DNA of 64,000 nucleotides from Saccostrea cucullata (Eukaryota). The notes beneath the pieces were generated by a model that made no database searches, was not told the DNA's origin, and worked only from the letters and a program-made list of their open reading frames with translations. Made by a program: the position numbers and the translations under genes. The DNA is taken from positions 1 through 64,000 of the forward strand of contig NW_026923580.1 in NCBI RefSeq assembly GCF_032062105.1, in the 5' to 3' direction. This document shows positions 1 to 11,100 of the stretch, piece after piece (within the stretch, counting starts at the first letter, position 1; every line of letters begins with the position of its first letter).

Positions 1-395
1 CAATGATAGAGATTTGTTTCTAAAATTATTTCTCCCAAATGTTTAGATTATAAAAGTTCTTTTTTATTTTATTTACTATGGATGATAAATGACTTCTATA
101 TTTTTGTTATCCATATCTTTTTTGATACTGTGGTTTACCATGCTTCGCTACGCTTACAATATATATCGTTATATGCTACGTTACGTGATGCTTTTGTTCA
201 ATTCGATAGTTTACTTTGGGTTTTTTTCTCTCTCTCTTCGTCCTATCATGAAATTAACAATAGACTTTTTAAAAATATCTGTTTTATTTCATATATCATT
301 ATATATACATTCTACTATTTTATCATGAAAAAAAAAGATTCCTTCATGTTTTTGTAATCAAAAGATGAAAGTAAACTGAGGTATTGAATACTTAC

Positions 396-2992
396 AATAG
401 TCCTTGACTTGAGGACGAGAGCCACATGAGACCTTGGTGAAGTTTTCACATTTATGAGTGACGTCAGAAAACTGTTCTGGATAGGGACATTCAGCCAAAT
501 TATTTGGAAACCCGTTCCACATTTTAAAGGTAGGGTTACAGTATAGCTGACATCCCAGTTCTATAGATTGATTACCAGCCTTTCAACTTCTACTTTCCGA
601 TTCAAACACAGTTCCATTCGGACATTTGACAGCTGTAGCCACGCCCCCTTGGCAGCGATAGAACGCATCACATTGTCTACCAAATCCGAAGTAATCTCCT
701 TGTCCCATGTACAAGCTGTCATGCTCAAAACGGTAGTTCCCATCCGTTTTCCCCTCACAACTAGATAGAAATCCGCCATCTTTGTGAGGAACCTCGAAAG
801 GGTTTGTACACTTACCGTTGTAGGGGATTTTGTATATATCCCAAAGTTTGTCATCCTTACAAGTCCCCTTGTTAATCAAACGCTCTTGGAAACAGTCAAT
901 GTATGAGTTTGGACCTTGATATCCCTGGTGTAAACCATCCTGTTTTCTCTTACAACTTGGATATGTCCTATGACACGTCCTTTTACTTCCAACATATGAT
1001 CTATAATCACCTATTCGGTGAAAAAATCGTGAATTTATTAATATTGAATTCCAGTTATAAGTTTAAAAATGAATACTAGGATTCAAATACTGGCTTAATA
1101 TCTTTTCTATAATAAAAATATGATTTAATATATGTACCCCAGTAATTTGTCTTTTCAAATACAAGATACAAATTTCCTAATAAAATACAAAAGACGTACA
1201 TTTATCCTTAATGACCTGTCTTGTGTCACAGCATACTCTTGTAAAATTTTCACATTTGAGAGAACGTGTGGAGAAAACTTCTGGGTACGGACACTCCATC
1301 AAGTGTTGTTCTAGGTTAGCTGGGACCTTATTGTACGTCATGGAACAGTTGTAGTACAGTTGACACTCATTGGGGTGTGGAAATATTAAAGAAGGATCCT
1401 GTTGACATACTTTAGGCACCTCTGAAGCTGAAAAAGAATGACTTAATTATGATCATTTTTTTTTAGATTATTCAGATATACCGTCTTAATTTTAAACACT
1501 TGTCGTTACATTTAAATGGTATTCTGCAATTTTTTTTTACAAGAAACGCATTTACGCAATATATTTATTTAATATGCAGATTTTATTTTCATCTGATTGA
1601 TTTTTTAAATCACATGCACAACAAACATGTTTGTGAATGTTTGCTTCTCATTTTTACCTCAATGTTACTAAAACTTTGAATTACATTCGTAAGGATCAAT
1701 TTTAGTTGGTTTTTGACAATACAAATCAAACTTAAAGATATTTGTGGAAGACAGATGTCTAATTTTGGCAGCTCGTGGCAAAGGTTAGCCAAGGTCTTGT
1801 TACGAAGACAATAGCTGAAAAATATAAAAGCACCAAACATTCAATACCTAAGGCCAAAGTTAAAGAGTCATACATACAAAGTCAAACTGTACCCATGAAA
1901 TTGTATTGTTACAATACAGATGTGAACTTTGAAAAAAGAACTAGCAAAAACTTTCAAAATTTACGATGGAATATAATTTTTTTCAAGAAAATGTCAAACT
2001 AAAAACATGAGGAACAAAGAAGTCAAAATTTCAAGACAAAGAGAGAATCTAGTGTAAAGGAATATATTTGTGAATCCTGAAAGTCCCACAAGCAAATTGT
2101 TTAAATTGTTTTACACTTCAAGGTCAAAGTTTTAAAATTGTTGAAACTCGAGCTTTATAATTAAGGGTAGGCCATGCCACAAAGATACAATCTAAGAAAT
2201 ATGAGGTCAAATCCAATCGTCCATATATGGCGATGTTATTTTTCTAAAAGAAGATACAACTCAAAGTTCAAGGTAAAAGTGTAAATGTGAACAATACTGT
2301 CATTCAAGGGAAGATTTTGTCAGAGGAAAGGGAGTTCAGACTACAAGGTAAGATCTGAAGGTCAAGGTTTTTCGTGCTTAAGAAAAGTTCTTATCACAAG
2401 AAATGCTAACAAGAAAGCTCAAGCATCAATCGTTCAAATTTTATAAAAATTTTTAAAACTTTGGTAACTTTCGTCACAAGGTCAATACTTGCGAACTATT
2501 AAATCCAAAGCTCTAATCCATCAAAAATTCTCAGCAAAGTAAAATGTTAAGGGACAAACAGTCATATAGACAAACATACATCCAGATGATAGTAACATTA
2601 GACGCACGGACAGACAAATGGATATGCCACCGAAATAAAATAAATACATGTACGTAAAATGTTAACCACCAATACCTTGCAATAATTAAGTGACAAAAAA
2701 AACAATATAATAAATGAAGTATATTCATAAAATAAATCTCACCTGGCAGTCCAACCAATTTAATCAAAGCATCTGTCAGGTTCATGTGTTCTTTGTACAA
2801 CGTGTCAGAGATTCTTCTTAATTTTGAAGAGAATTCTATTATTTTCGCCACATTGGTGTGTATATCCTTACTCAGATGGTTTTCCCTTTGACAAGGGTCG
2901 GGAATATTCACCTTTGATTGACTGCATTTTCCATCCCGAACGAGAACGAGAATAAACACAAAGAAATATATTAAAACTTGTTGTATATGCAT
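396..2992 (-). CDS. Secreted chitin-binding type-2 (CBM14/peritrophin-A) repeat protein; 3' part continues beyond the window start; in-frame TGA at 583-585
   Basis: Exons 2992-2743 (MHIQQVLIYFFVFILVLVRDGKC..., hydrophobic signal peptide), 1427-1200 and 1010-396. All introns are GT-AG and phase 1. CBM14-like motifs: HPNECQLYYNC...ECPYPEVFS..SLKC, CDAFYRC...KCPNGTVF, ECPYPEQFSDVTHKCENF. A donor follows at 395. Confidence 0.85.
1840..2640 (+). mobile_element. Degenerate Helentron-associated/pearl(CvA)-type non-autonomous element with internal tandem units
   Basis: Repeated aaggtcaa..gtt / cttgtcacaag-like motifs resembling the unit at 31894-32500, ending in gacgcacggacagaca. Boundaries are approximate. 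Confidence 0.5.
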
Positions 2993-3206
2993 ATTAAAGT
3001 TACACATTAAGATGGCGGAATGCTCAAATAGTCCTTTCTCTTGATTACGTGATTCGAGGATGGTTCTTGTTTTTATCTTCATAAATTCCTTACCTTGCAC
3101 GTGACAATTGCAAATTGCAAATTGCACTGTTGTCAACAAGGAGTTGCTGATTACTTTCATTGTAAAGTTGAATTTTTATCTCCTTAAAAGTACGCAGTAC
3201 ACGAAG

Positions 3207-3680
3207 TTAAAGAGACATGGACACAGTTTCAGCTAAAAATTATCAAATTTATTTTTCCATTTTTTTTTATGTTTACAAAAATTTAACTAAGGTATTTCTA
3301 ATGGACATCAAAAATTCAAATATCAGTAGTTGAGATACAAGAAAGATTTAGAGCTCCATACCTTTGTTATGCAAACAGGTCCTGAACCATTCTTTTGTTT
3401 ACTTAGTTTAAAAATACAAACATATGTTCCTTGATAGATTTTTTTTTCAGTAAAGAAGTGAATTCTAATTACGATTAGACATTTTCTAGTGATTTGCCAA
3501 ATCTCGTTTTGTTATAAATATGATATTTTCTAAAAGTTAACAAAAACAATGCACGAGTCTTGTTTACACTATGAAGAATTTTAAGTTCTGTATCTCGTAA
3601 ATCAACAAATGTATGCTGTTCAATTTTTTGCTGATTATTAGAATTGCCTTAGTTTGGAATTGTTTAAGGAAAGAAATCAT
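3207..3680 (+). mobile_element. Kolobok-type MITE fragment
   Basis: Begins ttaaagagacatggacacagtttcagctaaaa, nearly identical to ttaaaggggcatggacacggtttcagctaaaa at ~55925. The right end is unclear. Confidence 0.45.
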
Positions 3681-3928
3681 ATTGAAATCTTCATGTAGTT
3701 AATGTCATTTATTCATAATTAAACATTTAATGTAGTCATAACATGCATATGACTGATCATGATGACCAAAGAAATTAGATTTCAGATTTTATTAAAACCA
3801 AAAGACATACATCTCATAGGTATAAATACATAATACATATATTACACAGTAGAACAATTCATATGAACAGCATAAATACATAAAATATATTATAGTATTA
3901 AGTTTTGAATAAAGTATTAATTTTATGA

Positions 3929-4051
3929 TTACAGCAATTCATTTCTTAATCTGTTTGCAAAACATATATATTTTCCATGATTACATATTTTCTTAGTATT
4001 TGAACTTGACAACAATTGAATTAATTTGAAAACACTTGGTCGAAATGCATA
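3929..4051 (-). mobile_element. 3' end of a LINE ORF2, abutting the assembly gap
   Basis: Translates YAFRPSVFKLIQLLSSSNTKKICNHGKYICFANRLRNELL*, resembling C-termini of invertebrate non-LTR retrotransposon ORF2. Confidence 0.5.
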
Positions 4052-4201
4052 NNNNNNNNNNNNNNNNNNNNNNNNNNNNNNNNNNNNNNNNNNNNNNNNN
4101 NNNNNNNNNNNNNNNNNNNNNNNNNNNNNNNNNNNNNNNNNNNNNNNNNNNNNNNNNNNNNNNNNNNNNNNNNNNNNNNNNNNNNNNNNNNNNNNNNNNN
4201 N
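4052..4201. other. Assembly gap (150 N)
   Basis: Run of N. Confidence 1.
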
Positions 4202-4555
4202 TAATGCACTTTCATATTTTTCACGAGCACTTGATTTATCTATATTCAAAATGCCAGAAATAATACCTGCAAAAATTAAAAAGATGTAGCATGCATGGCT
4301 ACCTGTCTTTTCCCTTTCATCTCTTATAAACCATGACATTATGGATGAATAACCCGTTCTGGCGCAGTTTATCAGTCAATCCTATTTAAAATTCACTGAC
4401 ATGCTCATAAGGTAAACAGTGCTACACATTTAATCCCCCTATGGTCAGTGTCAACTCGGCGTTACCTGTCAGGTGCAAACAGATATATGGGTCAAGTATG
4501 AGTGTGTATTTCACTTACCTGTAGCTCAGTTGTAAACATACACAACTGAATCAAG

Positions 4556-7500
4556 ATGTCGGAAGAACAGCCTCAAAAGACTAGGACAGTTTTGATAGCT
4601 ATTGACGGAAGTGAATACTCCAAATATGCATTTGATTGTAAGTATTCATCCAACGAAGAATGGGAATTTAAATTTAATCGTACAAGTATTGATTTAGGTG
4701 CAAATGAATTAAAATATTTATTATGCGAGAACAGATTTTCTCTTGAAAATAATTCAGAAGGAGGACTTATCAGAAATTTTAGTAAAGGGCTGTGGGCGGA
4801 TAGTTCCAATATTAATATGTGCATGTATGCAGGCAGACTCCAGTGTTTAAAAGTAAGGCTTAAAAACATTAGGTTCATTAATATTTGTTCAATTTTGCAT
4901 TTTGATTTCCACAATTTTGCTCTGTTAAAAAGCCAGTCACTATAATGATGCGTAACAACCCGGATTCTTTTACAGGGATATATATATAATTTTATTTTTG
5001 AATGGCAATGTATACAAGCGCAACGAAGTGGATATAATTTTTGTGCTATTCATTACAAACGATATTCTTCATCACCGTAACCTTTCTACCACGATATTGA
5101 TTCAGCAATAAGTTTGCTTCTTATGCCGCTTCATGCATGTACACAAATTGTTATGTCTGGTAAAAATATAAGGGACCTTTGTGGCATACAATAGTTCGTT
5201 ATCAAACCATTATGGTTTTTTGACTGGTTTAACTTAATGGCAAGTACAGAATCAAGAAATAGTTTTACTAAAAATTTAAATGGAACAAAATATATTCTGT
5301 TTCTATGTTCATTTCAGCAACATGTACAGTTAGTCTTAAATGACAAGACTGTGGATGATGCACACGAAATCAGTATTTTTATACAACCTGAAAGAATTAT
5401 TAACAAGCAGCTTTTCGTAGAAAAAAATTGTCTAGTAGGTACAGCTTTTTTAATAGATAAATTATTTCAGTTTTAACATAGAAAAAAATAAACATTTCGC
5501 GCATAGACAAAATCACAAGCTTTCTGAATATTTTCTGTAATGCGAGTTTAAATCTTTATACAGATTTACGTTTAATGCCTTGTTTATTTTCACTGACGTT
5601 TGACTGTGTAGAAGTGCTTGGGGATATACATGTAAACACGATATGACAAAAGGAATACCAACCTCTGGTCATTATTTATGGTCAAGGTGTCATTAGCTAA
5701 GCAGACACGTTTGTACTGGTACATTGTAATAAGTTTCTAATGCGTAAGAATTACACTGAAAAACTATTCAAGATATTTTATGTTAATTGTCCAAATAGTA
5801 CAAAGAATTAATATAATTAAGAATTTCTATAATTATAATGTTAAAAGAAAACTCTATCGAAAATTATCATTCTATTGTTTTTGGTAATTGCTGCTAGAAT
5901 CGTATGGATAACAAAAATTGATGCATTTTTTCCCGATCTTATGAACAAAATGTAAAAAATTGTGGAAAGGTTTCGTCCGAAAGTGTTGAATAATTATTTC
6001 TGTGATAGGACAGTAGGATTCTAGCAGTACTTTTCATGGTACAAATATTTTTTTTTACATAACTATTATTACAAATTGAAATTAATTATCCCCGGGGTTG
6101 TATTGAACTTTTCACTTTTTCATTAAGCCATATTTTCTAATTATAGACGTCACGTGGTGACGTCGTGGTGTTGTGCTTCCTGTAGTATAAGTCCCATTGA
6201 AGTCTATAGAATGCATAATGATAGCAAATTTAAAGTTTTATGCATGACTTTTTCCGATTTATTAATAAAAGAAGTGGTAATTCGCCGAATTAAAAAACCC
6301 GCGAACAATTTTTAAAAAAATTAAACGCTCAAAATCCAATGTAAACATGTAGTACATACAGTATATATGCATATATAGCAAACAAACTTTTTCATTAATG
6401 AAAATTTTGATTTAGAATTTTCAAACAATAAACTTATCTATTCTTTCATTCATTCATTGATTTTACTCCTTATATAACCTTTCTTCTTAACTGTTTCAGG
6501 GTACTGCAAATCCATGCACCGCCCAACAGACCACGTGATCATGATACATTCTGTAGAATTTCACCACGTGCTGCAGACAACACAGTGGTATTATAGTGAG
6601 TCATCTTTACAGTTAGTTACACCACCAACTGTTTTTTCTCTTTGATTAGTGTGTTGATTTTTTTCGTCATTTACAACACGATGTAAATTGCGCCAAGTTA
6701 AATTTTCCCGGACATTGATTCCGTCTTTTGTCGATGGGTGGAGACGATTTAAATTGTTCCGTATATTTCAATTGTATTACACAAAGACAACATACATCAA
6801 TTCTTTAATTATATTTAAATTCACATAAAACAGCAGTTATGAGATAGTATACGTTAAACATATATAAACAAAAAATTATCACTCTGCCTTATTTTGCAGC
6901 TCCCTATTCATTTGACAGAGACACCGTTAATCAGTTAATGGAGACTGAGGCGGCGACAATCAAAGATAAATTAGAGCACTTCGCTGACATGATGCGACAG
7001 CACAATGTAAGTCAATTCCTACAGATAACGGAACTGTAAAACTAATGGAAAAATGCATCCTACCAACTAAAGTATCAAGCTGAATGTATTCAAATAAATA
7101 ATGATCACAATAACGTCATTTAATGCCTATATTATGTCCTACTTTCATTCTCCTAACATCGTGACACTTTGTTTAATGGAGCGGGCTAAAGTTGCAGATG
7201 CTTAGTATCATCATATTTATCATCGATCCAATCTATGGAATATACTAGTATGGTGATTTTGAACATTTCAATATTTGAATCTTTAGCACGCTCAATTTAA
7301 CATGATAATAACTCACTGCAGTTGGAATAATGGTAATTATGCTTAATTCTAGAACCGACAAAATTTTGTGTGTAGTAGAAATATTGATTAAAAAAACATT
7401 GCTTTAAAATTATTTCCATTTTTTATCGAACACTTCTAGATAAATGGTACTGTGAAAAGTATTCACTCTAATAAACCAGGAGAGGGTATCGTCACTGCTG

Positions 7501-7682
7501 CAAGAGAAAATAATGCTGATGTCATCATTACTGGGTCACGTGGTACAGGCAAACTAAGAAGGACGTTCCTGGGTAGTGTCAGTGATTATGTGTTACATCA
7601 TTCGGATGTCCCCGTCATCGTATGTCGTCATCCTGATCATCACCATGGAGACCATAATCATGGTCAAAATAATGACAAATAG
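4556..7682 (+). CDS. Universal stress protein (UspA-like), 175 aa, His-rich C-terminus
   Basis: Exons 4556-4637, 6500-6595, 6900-7006, 7440-7682 (528 nt, in frame, GT-AG). USP motifs RTVLIAIDGSEYSKYAFDW, KPGEGIV and DVIITGSRGTGKLRRTFLGSVSDYVLHHSDVPVIVCR. Confidence 0.95.
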
Positions 7683-8129
7683 TAAAAGTAAAACCATTGA
7701 GATTTTTATTCATTTCCTTTGATATTGTACAAAAATAGAGTATTCAGAGAAACATGGTTGTGAACTGTCCGTGTAGTTAGATTCAGAAACGGTCATGGGG
7801 CTTATATATGAGCAATTTCTGTGTTACAGAGTTTGGCTCATGTTTCCCCGTTTCCAGTGTTTTAAGTTTTATTTTTTTTACTTTGAAGGAAATACATGTA
7901 ATCGGTTGTTGATTAATCTGTAAACTCAAATGTGTCTGTACTTTTCTAAATTGAGTCCCATTACTATTTATTGAAATGAAATAAAAATTATTAGTTTCCA
8001 TTTCAAACATTCATAGTTTTAAAAAAGTCAAAATAATTTGAAAATGTTTAAGTGATATATTCAATGAATTTTATTCCAATAAATTTCAACAAAAAATATG
8101 CATCTCTCTGCTTTTAAGTAGATGGGCTC

Positions 8130-11100
8130 TCAACCGGAAGCGGCGACATTTGCCGCCTCGTCATTTTTCTTCTTTTCTGCATCTAGCGTCTTCTTCGACT
8201 TGCAGATGTAGCGTTTTTCGGCTGTTGCCATGTCTACAATACTGTTGCCGTCTGAGATTTCGTTAATGACCTTGAGATAGCACGAATGATAGACTGGGCA
8301 TCGACATTCCTGTTAAAAAATGAATATACGCATTGAAACATCAACTTCAATGTTTAAACTAAAAATACATCTGAATTGTTTGACTAAATTTAAATTATTG
8401 GTATCGTTAACAAAGTATGATACTTTTTCTTGATGCCTTCAAAGTACCATGTATCAATCCCCTCTATGTATAAATAGGGGATAAAATATATCTTAATTAT
8501 ATCTCATGTGATAATCTTATGACTTACAAGACAAGATATTCACTAAAATAGTCAATGTTTACATACCGGGGGTATAAAGTTTATGCTCTAACCTGATTCC
8601 TTTTAGTTTTACCCTTATTTAACCTTATTAAGAGAAATTTACTTCTTGTTTAATAAATAAATGTTTGATTTGAGATATGGAACATCTTCTACGAAACATA
8701 TTAGTGTTAATTATGAAATAATAATATGATCACAGTATCAAAAGTACTTCAACATCATAAATCTGTATAGATCATCTTTATTTGAAAATTTATACGCATA
8801 TGGTTAATAACACAGAGGGAATACTTTTGCCTAAACAGATAGCCAGACGTAAAATTAATATTTTTAAGGGAAAACTTCCACTATAAATAATGTTCCATTC
8901 CTACAACTTCTTTTTATCTTAAAGGACTGTTCATTCATGGAATAAATAGAAAACAATGACGGTTAAGTATCCGCTTTGTAAATCAAACTAGTTTTTTCTA
9001 TTAATTAATTCTTTTATTTCATTGGATAACGTTAACACTTAGTGTAAACTTCCTTTAGTTGTATCTTGATATTCATGCAAACTACCTTCATAACAGTTTG
9101 TACTGTTAAAAGTTAATTCTTTAAAGTTACATTTAGATTTTTATCAAACAAAACATAAATATTTTTAGTAGCTTACCGCCTCAAATATTATTCTGTCTTC
9201 ATTTGCCTCCATGTTCTGTGGATCAACACACCTCATATCCTCCATGTATCTGTCAATGATGGTGCACTGAAAAAATCAGAAATTTTATAATGTGTTAAAC
9301 ATAAATGATGAAATAATTTTTTGTACTTAGATATGTTCTTTAGGTATATGCTATAAAAAATTATTGCGGAATATTGCTTACATTTATGTAATTAAGGAAC
9401 AATGACGATGAAAAAGTTGAAGTCGTCTCGTCAATCATACAAAAAAAGTTGTTATACGGTCTTTATCGCATTCAGTTAGTAAAACATCCAAATATAAAAC
9501 AGATTGAAATAGAAAACTATGTGCTTTCTTTTATTTCAAGTTCATTGAGATATATCTAGTCTACTTTGAACAAAAATAGTGATTGTTGATTGACAACACG
9601 TTCTCGATTTCTCTGTATAATTTACACAAGAGTTTTCTTTTTCCTATCTAGGAAATTTGGCATCATTTGAGTACATAAACAACTATAGGAGAACAATCAG
9701 TATGCACCGTGATTCCGTAAGTTTGTTGGAAAACCTCGTATCCAAAGAACAATGTTGAAAATTTCATACATTTCTTTACTGTCAATTTCGGAATACTCGT
9801 TTGTGAAACCATATTGTTTTACCTTTACAAATCTATACGAAAAAAAGTCAAACAATTGTAATGTTTTCGTGAGCGGGCATACAAAAATCGATGTTGGACC
9901 GCTGAGCGAGATGTTGGACCGGTCGATGAGATGTTGGACCGCTTACGTCACAGAATGGGTGGAGAATAATCCCATTTTCATTCGTTGGTGTTCTTGATGT
10001 TACATCACGGAAGACCGTACAAAATACATGAATGGCAAAAATTAAAATGAAATGAAAGTTATAACAAAACATTTAATGACTGAGTTCGAGGGCAACATGC
10101 GTTTTGTCGACCCTCGAACCAAACTGTCTGCCTTCGGCCTAACGGCCTCCGGCAGAGAGTTTGGTTCCTGAGTCCTACAAAACGCATGTTGCCCTCAAAC
10201 TCGGTCAATAAAAGTATTGTGATTGACAAAGTTATTTTAATGAAGAATAAAGACAAAAATTGACAATTTCCGAGTTCTTTTAAGTTTCGTTTTCAAGAAA
10301 CAGTTACTATTATACCACATTTGATTTTTTTTTTTATTTTGATTTTTGAAAAGTTCAAACTGTGGAGTTTTTAAGAATACACATCTTATATACACCTTCC
10401 AGAATATCAGTTAACATATATGTCCAAAATTATGCTGTACAGCAGAGGAAAGAACACACAAATTAATATTAGATTTCATTCAGAACTCGACAAAAAACCC
10501 AAGTTCTATCAGCACCGTATGCCAAGGGATTATGAGGAGAGTAGCGTATAAGAAACCCTTGCCTTCACCTGTTTATTTGGACGTTTCTATTTGATCAGTG
10601 AAAAGTTCTCGAATGGGACATAAAACAATATACAACCAATCAACCAAAAGATAATTCCAAGGTTGATTTTTTTTAAAAAATGAAGTTCAAGAATCTTTTC
10701 CTTAAAAAATGACGTGATGGATTTAATAATCTGTCTGGACGTATGTCTGGTTGGAATCTATTGCTTGATGACTCCTTTACCAAAAAATATTGTAACTAAG
10801 CAATGGACTAAATTAATAAACATTCAATCAAAGGCAACAGATGTATAAATACAGGATTCGTACATGAATGATCACATCTAATATCCTACTACAGTACAGC
10901 ATGTTCTTTACTACTTCGGTATATCGACAAACACTGCTGAATGTTTTCCTCTCTGTTGACACAGGTATTACAAGATTTGTTTTTCTTTCTACATTTCAAA
11001 TACATAACACAGCTGTCTTATATTTCTATGTAGACGTATTGACAGAAGATGATTAATCTTTAACAAAATTTAATAATGTGGATGTTTGCAATGTCCTTAG

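Noticed and set aside
82-357. Short AT-rich ORFs in the track here and throughout the window
   Set aside because: They are intronic/intergenic F/I/L/K/Y-rich chance frames or antisense shadows of real exons.
4556-7682. Bacterial contamination or recent horizontal transfer of uspA
   Set aside because: The gene has three canonical spliceosomal introns and host-like composition, and USPs are known in molluscs.
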